Source: a virus
Length of the DNA stretch: 64,000 bases
IMG/VR virus record: IMGVR_UViG_3300046492_000369
Coordinates: 13,042 to 77,041 of that record
Strand: one strand, 5' to 3'
Shown here: one piece after another, positions 43,658-54,200 of the stretch
How positions within the stretch are numbered: the stretch's first letter is position 1
Layout: each line of letters begins with the position of its first letter
The notes under the pieces: generated by a model
What the model saw: the letters and a program-made list of their open reading frames with translations, nothing else
Told to the model about the DNA's origin: nothing
The model's database searches: none
Translations under genes and position numbers: made by a program

Positions 43658-45157
43658 ATGCCCCCTATCACTTGGCAAAACGTAAACCAAGGGGATGCCA
43701 GCACTGCCTGGCGTGCCATGGACTCCGCACAACGGAGCATGAACGGTGCATTCGATGGCTTGCAAGGTCAGATCACGAAAAGTGAAGACATCCAAGCCAA
43801 GAACGATGTCGCCATCAAGAACAACAACACGCAGGACTACCTGAACAAGCTAGCTGAGCTAGGTAAAACACCTGACGATCTGCAGCATGCGATCGACACA
43901 GGTGCAATAGCCCAGTTGAAAGCCAGCTATGGGAATGCCATCAACCATGATCAAGTCCGTGGTGCAGCAGAAACTCTATTGTCTCAACGGTACCAGCAAG
44001 TCAAACAAGGTGTGGATTTCAAGAATGCCATGCTGGATGAAAAGACTGCTCCGATCATGGACAAGTTCAAGTCAGCCTACTTGGCTGGAAATATGGATCT
44101 GGCCAACCAGTACCGTCAGCAGTACGCTGATGTGGGCGGCAAACATTCGTCCGATTTGGAGAGTTTCGCTCGTACCACTGGCCATGAAAATCTGGTCTGG
44201 GATGAGGAGAAGAAGCAATGGTCCCGCAACCAAGCCATGCATGAAGCCAATGTCACGCACATGGCTAATCAGGACCGGATCGGCTTCGCTAATGTCGATG
44301 TGGCTCGACGTAATGCAGATACCAATGCAGAACAGGTCAAACTGCAGGGCAAGAGCCTGAACATGCAACTGCAGGACAAACTGGACCAACGCCTGGCTAC
44401 TGCCATTGATGGCCTGGGTAAGGCACGTTCTTACGAAGCTGGCTCGCAAGAAGGTACCAAAGCAGTGATGGATAGCATCAAGGAGATGTTTGGTAAGGAT
44501 GAAAACGGTGCTGCCAATGCTCGCATGGCCTTTAACGAGATCCTTCAGAAATATCCGGGTATCTCGACAGCAGATGCCATGAAAGCTGTTGGTGGTCAGG
44601 ACGTAAGTCGGATCTATAAAAATGATTCGTGGGTTCGAGATAATACGGTCGAGCGTGCTGGCCAATTTGCCGGTACCAAAGAATCGCAGGAACGTAATGC
44701 TGCTTTGCTGGCCCAACGTGCCGCAGCCGAGTTGTACTACAAGAATGCCAAGAAAGCGGCGGAAGCTGGTCCTTTGGCTGCACTGAAATCTGGCATCAAA
44801 GTTGGTGGATCAGGGGTTGCTGCTGGTGCTAATCCAGTCATCAACCCTGCTGTGGTTACGCCAGTAACTCCACCAGCGGCACCAGCAGCTGTTACAACGG
44901 TAGCTCCGGGTGGTGCACCTACTGCTGCTGATCTTGGTTTAAGGATCCCTCTCACTGCTGGCTTGCCAGAGGATACCCGGACCTTCAGCAAACCAATGGA
45001 GGCGCATCTGAAAGCTGTGGCCCGGGAAGAAGCAGCTAAAGCCGAAGCCCGGAAGACAGCAGCAAAAGCAGCCCAAATCGCCCAAGCAAATGCCACTGTG
45101 GCAGAAATGGTGCGATTAGGTAAATTGGCCGCCCAAGACCCTAATTTCTTCCAGTAA
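43658..45157 (+). CDS. Ejection protein (N4 gp51-like)
   Basis: PITWQNV N-terminus; Ala/Gln-rich; precedes vRNAP. Confidence 0.75.
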   Translation: MPPITWQNVNQGDASTAWRAMDSAQRSMNGAFDGLQGQITKSEDIQAKNDVAIKNNNTQDYLNKLAELGKTPDDLQHAIDTGAIAQLKASYGNAINHDQVRGAAETLLSQRYQQVKQGVDFKNAMLDEKTAPIMDKFKSAYLAGNMDLANQYRQQYADVGGKHSSDLESFARTTGHENLVWDEEKKQWSRNQAMHEANVTHMANQDRIGFANVDVARRNADTNAEQVKLQGKSLNMQLQDKLDQRLATAIDGLGKARSYEAGSQEGTKAVMDSIKEMFGKDENGAANARMAFNEILQKYPGISTADAMKAVGGQDVSRIYKNDSWVRDNTVERAGQFAGTKESQERNAALLAQRAAAELYYKNAKKAAEAGPLAALKSGIKVGGSGVAAGANPVINPAVVTPVTPPAAPAAVTTVAPGGAPTAADLGLRIPLTAGLPEDTRTFSKPMEAHLKAVAREEAAKAEARKTAAKAAQIAQANATVAEMVRLGKLAAQDPNFFQ

Positions 45158-45165
45158 TTGCCATA

Positions 45166-45200
45166 AAGCCGGGTTAAGAAGGATTTAACCCGGCTTATTT
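45166..45200 (+). terminator. Hairpin/terminator before vRNAP
   Basis: AAGCCGGGTTAA...TTAACCCGGCTT + ATTT. Confidence 0.55.
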
Positions 45201-45241
45201 CATATATACTGCAGGAAATTCCCATTCCATCAGGAAACTTC

Positions 45242-48200
45242 ATGTCCTCTTCCAGCATCGACAAATACTTCGACAAAGTCACTTCCGAGCTCGTTGATCA
45301 GAAAATGGAAGAGGTCCGCGCAGCCACCGATGCCAAGATCGCTGAACTTAATGCACGTATAGCTGGACCACACACCCCACCTCCTGTTGAACAAGCTGGT
45401 GTGCTGCGCACTGCTGGTGACGTGGGTATCAAGCTGGCTCAAGGTGCAGTTGATCTAGGCCAATCCGTAGTGGGTCTGGGAAGTCTGGTTACTGGTGGCT
45501 TGATTGGTGAAGGAATGCACGCTATCGGGTATGACCCGGAACGTACCAACCAGATCCTCGGTGAATACCTGTCGGACAGCCAGAAGGCTGCTGATGCCAA
45601 GGTCCAGCAGGCTGACGGCTTCATTGCGTCAATCAAGGCATACCTGAAGAATCCACGCTCGATTATGGGTGGTATTGCTGAGTCCACTCCAGGAATGTTG
45701 GGTGGTATGGGTGTTGCGGGCGCTGCAGCTCGTCGTATTGGTTTAAAAGCTGCTGAATTGGCTGGTGGTATGGAGACTGTGGCTGGTCAGAAAGCCTTCC
45801 AGACAGCGATCGAAGAAGCAGGTGCCAAGCTCTCAGCCCTCGGTGCAGTCACCGAAGGTGCCCAATCGGCGGGCCAGATCGCAGATCAGGCACAGGCAGC
45901 AGGCCGGGAATACAGTGATTACGCCTTGCCTGCACTGGGAGCTGGTGCCCTGACGGCAGGTATCGGTGCCGTATCAAACAAGTTCTTCGGGGATGCGGCC
46001 ACGGATTTTGCTACCGGAGCCAAGACCCTGAAGGGGAGCCGCCTTGCCAAGCTGGCCAAGGAAGGATTCTCGGAAGGCGTCACCGAAGAGATGCCCCAGT
46101 CGGCGCAGGAGCAGTACTTCACCAACATGGCCATGGGCAAGGATGACCTCATGGAGGGGGTCGGCAATGCTGCAGGCTCTGGCTTGGTGGTCGGTGCTGC
46201 CATGGGGGTAGGGATGGGGGGGCTCCATAGGAGCCCAACCGCTAAAAATTCGGTAAAAACGACCCAGGACCGTCAAAAATTCAAAGAGGCTGCTGCGAAG
46301 AACGACGTTTCAGCCTACATTGATCCACAGAGTCCAGATTATGACCTGTCCAAGGCGGTTGGAGTACTGTTGGGTCACGCAATGCAGGACTCTACCACCC
46401 CTGAAGTACGTCAAGCCAACCTTAAACAGGCTGGAGATATCGTCGCTAAGCTGGAAGAAGACCACGCTAAAGCGCTGCAAGACGTGGAAGCAGCCACTCC
46501 TACTGGCTTGGATGAGCTTCAAGGTCAGCTATCTGCAGTACAAGACCTGTTGAAGAAGACTGATCCACAGGATAAGGCCAAGATTGCTACCTTCAACACG
46601 ATGGTAGAAGACTTGACCGCCGAGATCGCGGATGCCAGCAATAATGACAAGGCTAAAGTAGCCCAAACCCGTGCTTCTAAGCTTGAACAGCAACTTGCTG
46701 CTGTGCGTGCTTCTGATCTGGGAAGGCAGCTTGATTCTGCTCGTGCACGCTTTGAAGGGCTGGCTACGGTCGCTGAACCTCAAGCCACCACGGCTGAAGT
46801 ACAAGATTTGCTCAAACAAGCCAACTCAACCGACCACACCACAGCAACTGAGCCAATCCAGCGCATCATCAACCTGTCGATGACGCAACCGGACGCATTG
46901 TCCGCGAAACAGGCCAAATACTTGGCCAATAACAAGGCCAATGGCCTAACCGACGAACAGCGTACCCATCTGCGTATTTTCAGCGAAGCCAGGATGGCTG
47001 AGAATGCCCTGTCCTCTACAGACAAGGTCCAGAACGATGTCCTGATTGGCTCGGACAAGAACGTGGGTATCGTCCAGTACCGTTCCCGGATCGGTGCAGC
47101 GATCGCTGCTGGCAACCAAGCCATCGCTAACCGTCAGCTCGGCCTGCTGGAACGTTTTACCAACGACCAAACCAGCAAGGCAGAAGCAGCCCAAAAAGCC
47201 ATGACACTGGGCAAAGGCAACCAGATCGTCAAACTGACCGATGGCACTGGCTGGCAGGTGGTCCTGAAGGAGCAGGCACTGGATGAGGATAAGCTCAGGA
47301 AGAACGGTGGCCTGACCATGGACTCGCCCCGTCTAGTGGAAAACATCCAGAAGGAAGCCACCGCCCTGCAAGCCACACTGGCTGAAATGAAATCTGCCAC
47401 CCAGTTGAAATTCGGGGTACAATCCGTTTCCTCTGCAAAACAATCTACCCCTTCCAAAAATAATCTACCTTCCAAGACTGTAGAGGATGCCGCACGTCCA
47501 TCCCAAGGGAATGGACCCTCTGCCGCACAAGCTCCCTCCCCTGCTTCTAAACTTACCTCCCTGCAACAAGCAGAAGCGAAACACACCCGGCAAGAAGCCT
47601 TGGTGAAAGAAGCACAAGCCAAGTACGAACAGCGCAAAGCAGAACGGGAAGCTAAGGCTAAGGCTAAGGCGGCAGCAACCGAGCAGCAAGCTGTCACGAG
47701 CGAAGCGAGTGCAGCGCCAGCTGCAGAGGTTGCAACGCCTGCAGCGGTAGAGAAGAAAGATAATCAATCTTCTCCTGTAGCCTCGCCAGCGTCGGAACCT
47801 TCCGCCCCAATCGCAGTCGCTGACGCTCCTGCTCAGGGCACGGTTCCTTCCTTGGCTTCGGCTACGGAAACTCAGGTAGAGGTGAAACCTACTGGTTTGA
47901 AGGTGTTCAGGCAGAAGGTTACTGGCTTGAATGGGAAGATGCAGGAGATCTTCCGCCAAGTAAATCCTATTGCCCAGTTCCTGACGCAACGAACCAACAG
48001 CGAACGCTACAAGACCCGTTTGCCACTGGTGGCCCAGCCAGACTTCTTTACTGCTATTAAGAACAAGACTGTTACACCCTTCGAGTTCATCGAAGAAGGT
48101 AGTAAGGAAAATACCACGCCAGAAGTTCGCCATGCACTGCGGAACATGTATGAAAACCTCAAATCATGGCTTCCGCTCATTGAACAGAACATTGCAGTCC

Positions 48201-51200
48201 ACAATGGCAATGTGGACTTCAAGACTGAAGATATGATGCAGTACCTGCTGGAGCAGGACGAACAAGGCAAACCAATCCGGGCAGTGGAAGAGAATGTCCG
48301 TACTGCCATCGCTTATGGTGCTTATTCCTGGTTTCTGGAACAGGCCCATTCCCCGGAATGGAAAACCATGAGTGACATCGCAGCCATGCACGGCAAGGAC
48401 AAGGAAACCTTTGTCAGCGATGAGGGTGTAGCCAAACTGCGTGAAATGGCCCACTTCGAAGACCGGATCATCTACCGTATCGGTGACAGGATCGTACAAG
48501 CCCTTGGTTTGCAGGCTGGTCCCAATGCTCCGCAGAATATCCTGCCACGCTTACGCATGGCATTGGGTACGCACGCCTTGCTGCTATTGGAGCACCCAGA
48601 TGTCAAACTGATCGAACGGGTATCGCTGCCGACCAAGGAAGTTGAAAGCTACTTCGGGGTAGGTATCAGCGATAACGAAGACAGCTCGATCACCGAAGAC
48701 GAAATTGACAACGTCGCCAAACTGAAAGAAAGCCGTAACAGCTACATCAAACTGTGGCGTGATGAAGATGGTCTGAGCCTGTCTGGTTTAGGTAAGGGCA
48801 TCAAGGATGCGGATGTAGGTAGCCGGGGTGCAGTCGATCGCCTGTTTGGCAGTGACAAGGCTGGTCGTATGCCCAGCACCAAGCCAGTGGAGTTTACTCA
48901 GAAATTCGCCAAGGGTACCCGTCAACTGATCACCAAGATGCAGCGTAAGGCGATTCAGGAAACCATGAATACGCCGCACACCGTCATCCCCGAGATGATG
49001 CAGTTGTTCTCACATCTGGGACGGGATACAGTGCTTCGGATTGCTGGTGCCCGTGATGTCGATGACGGAACCGTGCACTCCCGGTACCTGCGTAGCGTCG
49101 AAGCCCAGAACAATAACCTGATCAACCAGTACGACAATGCATGGGAGCTAATCACCAGCTACCCGGAAGGTACCGAGTTCTTCGTCGAACAACAGGTGGG
49201 TAAGAACTTCCGTGGTTTCTTCTCGAATCAGGCGCTGAACCAGCAGACCAGCAAGATTCACCGTGTCCTGTTCGCTCGCCCGGAGTGGAAGACCACGATC
49301 AAACTGAATGACGAAGCCATGGTCAATGAATTCAAGATTGCCGTGGCCATGTCCCTGGGCTTGAAGACAGACCAGCAACGCAATGTCACCACGCTGGAAG
49401 AATTCAACAAGGTACTGAAGGACCAGCCGGGCATCATGCAGGCTGTGGAATTGATCCGTATCGGTACGCTTAATGATGATCCTTCCGTCTGGACCGACGA
49501 AGCCAAGCAACTGGTAGAGAAGGTCGCTGGAGGCAAGGAACGCATGATGAGTCTGCAGGCTCTGGTGGCTTACGCCAAGTACCAGGAAGCCTTGATCGAC
49601 CAGAACCTGATGCACAAGACGGGGCAAGATGCTGCCGACCATTCGTTCGAAGTCACGCTGCTGGTGGGTGTCGATGGCAAGACCAACGGCCCAATGTTAT
49701 CTCATCTGGCTTTGGGCGCAGCCCGCGATATTGACAGCTTCTATGCCCTGCTAAACCGAGGTGGCTTCTACAGCACCGAGGAAGGCCAGCCGGACCATTT
49801 CAGCGAGTGGTATGAGCGTGCCACCAGCATGGACCTGTACGAGGATCTGGGCAGCCGTATCGTCGAACGGGTGCAGGGCTATGTCATGGAAAATTCGGCC
49901 CTGTGGGCACTACGCAAGGCAAACTACAAGGAGTCGAAAAAGTACTTCACCGAAGACCATCTGAAGGCAGTCGAGATGGTGACCAAGCAGCTGATCAAGG
50001 ATGGCAAGGCCACCAAGGACATGCGTAACCTGACCAAGGTGCCGCTGACTTCGTTCGCCTTTGGTTCCTCGCTGAAGAAGTCCATTCAGAACATGCAGGA
50101 CAGCTTCATCGACTCGTTCTATTCGAATATTGAGAAGATGGCTGCTAACAAGGAGAATGGGGTCAAGGTCCGTACTTACCTCACCCAGATTAACACGCTG
50201 ATGGATCTGGGTGACTATAAGCTCAAGTCGCCGGTCGATGTGGCCATGCCGATTGAAGCACTGCTGAAATTCGAGCTGGACCACGATCAGGAAGTGGCCC
50301 TGCGCAAGGCATTTAATCAGGTGATCGGTAACTCGGTTCGGGAAGAGATGAACTCGTACTTCGGTACCTTCATGGATCGACGTACCAAACTGAATAACAC
50401 CATCCAGTCAGCCTACCAGGTGTTCGAGGCAGCCTATGCTTCAGCCCGGGTCAAGGAGATGGAACGCCTGATGGATGAGGGTGAGATCGCTTCCCGTATT
50501 TCCAAAGCCAACGACGGTGTCGAGACTCGGGTACCACTGCATGACCTGACACAGGCACAGGAACAAGCTCTTCACGCCAAGGTGGAAAGCCTGATGCCGA
50601 CGATGCACAGCGCCTATTCGATCGAAGCCAATGACCTGTCCTCTGGCTTGCAGATGTCCAAGTCGAAGGTCACGATCTCGGATTCTCCGCTGTACAAAAA
50701 CAAGACCTACACCTACAAGAAGGTAGACCATGCCAATGGCACCAGCGTAGCGCATCTGAGCAGCAAGGCACAGACTCGTGTCGAGCAGTCTCCCGGTGTA
50801 GCTGGTGCTGCCTACTCGATCCACTCGACCGATTCGAGCATCATGCACCAGATGCTGCTGCGGGTGAAAGGCTCACTCAACGTGCACGATGAAGGTTCGA
50901 ACGGCGTACACAAAACTCGTGATGTGGCCAGGGGCTTGAACCAAGCCACGGTGGAAACCCTGCTGGAATACTCGCCAGCCCGGGAATCAGTGTTCATGCT
51001 GGAGCGGGTAATCACCAACATGGCCAAGCAGATCCGGGAAGGTACGGTAGATGCTACAGCAGTAAAACCACTGCTGGAGAACTGGGCTAACAACTACAAC
51101 AAGTTCGCGGAAGACGAGTCCGAATACCTGACGCCGGAACAGGCTGCGGATGTGACCCTGCAGGATGCCGTGACCAATGCCTACATGGCAGACCACATGC

Positions 51201-54200
51201 GTTTGACCGCCTATTCCATGATGAAGTCGGCTGACCAGTATGTGTGGGAAGGAGGCCAGTTCAACGATGAGAAAGCCATGGCCACCATTCGTAAGCGTGC
51301 GGAACAGAAGCTTGCTCAGTTGGTGGAGAAAGGTGGTAGTGCCAGCAAGGCTACGCTGGTTGATCTGGCTTTCCTGAAGGAGCAGTACGCTAAGGTTAAG
51401 GATCAGGAGATCACTCGTCCGACATGGCTCGACATGAAGTTCAAGGGCGAAGAGCAAGAAGCTGATCCGGTCAAGCCAAGCAAGGCCGTGCACAATGGTG
51501 TGGCTGTGCTGGGTAAGCCGATCGTCAAGAGCAATCCGAAGCTGGTGGAAGCCTTTGCTGCCAAGCCGGTTATGGCAGTGTCCGAGGTCGTAGCTGTGCT
51601 GCGTCCGCTGATCTCGAATGACTTCGAGAAGAAGCTACTGGCCCAGTTAGAGCGGACCGTTAATGGCAAGTTAGAAGTGCGTTACGTCACCAAGGACACA
51701 CTGCTGGAACAGCTGAAAGCTCCATTGGATGACAACGCAGCAGGTGCTTACCAAGCCACGTCGGCTGCAGTGACAGATCAGGCGATCTATGTGCTGTCGC
51801 CGGACTTCGTTCGCTCCAACCTAAATACCGAACTGCTGCTGCATGAACTGACCCATGCTGCCGTGGTATTTGCTACCCGTTCGCCTGCGGAAGAAACCAA
51901 GCCGCTGGTGCAGGAGCTACAGTCCTTGATGGAGCAGGCGCAGAAGGAAATGGAAGCCACGGGTGTCAAAGGCTTCGATGCAGCCTTCGCCAATCTGGAT
52001 GAGTTCATCGCCTACGGTATGACCAACAGTGCATTTCAAAATGTCCTGAAGGGCATGGAGTTTCAGTCGAGCCAAAACAAGAGCAACAAATTGGTCAAGG
52101 CAATGAAGCAATTCATTGATTCGGTTGCTGGTTTGCTGTTCGGTCGCAAGAACGAATCCATGTCCACCGGGATGGGTATCTTGCTGACTAACGTCGCTGG
52201 TTTGTTGGAGTCGTCGGCAAAGCAGGCAAATGCCGTAACCAACATTGATCCGATCAACCTGAGTATGACAACGACAGGTAACAGCCCACGTAACCTGTCC
52301 ACCAGTGACATCTATCAAGCACTGGCCCAGACCAACAATGGTCGCGTCGTGAGCAGCGAGTTCGCTACGCACCTGCAGGGTCTGTTGGAAGGGATCGTCA
52401 ATAAGTTGCACGGCCCGTTCGGTACCTTCAAGGAAGCGGTGATGCAGCAGGTTGCATCCAACCCGGAGGATGTGTTCTTCAACGCACTGGCTTCGGGCGA
52501 AGCTCCGTTCGCCTCGGAATCCTTGGCTGCCGGATTTGCCTTCACCCAGCAGGAAGCCTTTGTACTGGAGCAGGTAGAAGCCGTGGTCCGGGCAGGGATG
52601 GACACCAAGGATGGTGTGACCTCCATGGCTTACCGGGAACTGGCTAAACTGTATAACGAGATCAAGGCCACAACCAAGGTGGAAGACTTCCATTCGGGTG
52701 ACTGGGCCACGGCTACCCAAGCCGAGAAAGACGAAGCCCAGGCACTGCACGACTTCATCTTCAATATCAAGGCAGGGGCCGATGGCAAGTCAGCCTACCT
52801 GTCACGCTTTGCTGCAATGGGTCTAGCCCATGAAGGCTTCAACAAGATCCTGCATAAGGCCACCTCGATCAAGGACCGTAACTGGACTGGCCTGAATTTC
52901 ACCGAGCGCCTGAACAAGATCTTCAACACGATCATGGACTGGTTTGCTGGCAAGCTGACGCTGACCTATGGTGGTCAACCTGCTCATTCGAAGCTGACCA
53001 ATCTGGTCGAGCAACTGGTGCAGATCGAAGCCAAGAAGCGTACGGTTGTGCAGGATCGCCTGAAGCTGCTGGAACCGGCAGAAGAAGCTTTGAATAAACT
53101 GACCACCGCAGCCAAAGAAAAGCTGGAAGCGTTCGGCAAGAAGGACTTCTTCAAGCTCAACAGCAACCCGTTCATCCGTGCCATGGGTAGCCTGACTTCG
53201 GCCTATGCCGGTAACCGTACCGAGCTGCTGATGGAAGGCATTCAACGTATGCGCGATGCCTCGCTCAAGGGCCAACAAGGTGTCCTGGCTTCGCTGGTCG
53301 ATGAATTCCGTGGCTCCCATGATGGCAACTTGATGGCCAAGGCCCTGCTGCGTGTCACCAAGCTGATTGAAGGTATCCGCAAAGACATCATCGCCGGGAC
53401 CGGCAAGGCCATCATGGGATCGTTTGCCAACAAGGGTGATGACCTCAATGAGGACCACAAGGCAGCGATTTCGGCAGTGTTCCTGCGCACCGACATGGCT
53501 TCGTTGCTGGGCCATTACACCATGGCTGACCTAATGAAGCTGGTGAACGATCCGGCTGCTGTCAGCAAGGAGATCGCCAAGCAGGAAGCCAAGCTGGGTA
53601 CCCTGAACCATGCACAGGGACTGAATCGCTTTTTCATTAACTCAGCCAAGGCACTGGGTTACTACAAAGCTACCGGCAAGGTGACGGCCGCTCACCTGTT
53701 AATGAATGCAGAGAACATCGCACGTCTGCATGGTACCGGCATAGGCAGCAGGATCACGGAAGCCGATGCCAGGGCAGTGGCGCAGGTAGTGGATCCACTG
53801 GTTTCGCTGTATGCACTGGCTTATAGCAAGACCACCCATTTGGACAATGCTCGTGCTGTGCTGAAAGCAGAAGCTGCCCGTACTGATGGTGGTAATGGTG
53901 TGGAGATGGTACTCAAGACCCACAAGGCACTACTGGACAAGTCCAAGGCTGAACTGTTCGAAGGTACCGAAGCCTTGTTCATGAAAGGCTACCTGCCGGA
54001 AGTTTATGATCCGTATATGAATGTGGTCCAAGCCACCGAGAAGGAAGGCGAGCAACTGGTCCTGCAGGGCTACATCAAGGGTGCACCACTGCAGCGTGAC
54101 ATGGCTGACCCGGATCAGGAGCAACGCCACCTGTACCACTTGCGAGATGGTGGTTTGAAGCCTTACCTATCAGGGATCTTCAGCTTCACCGGCATGACAG

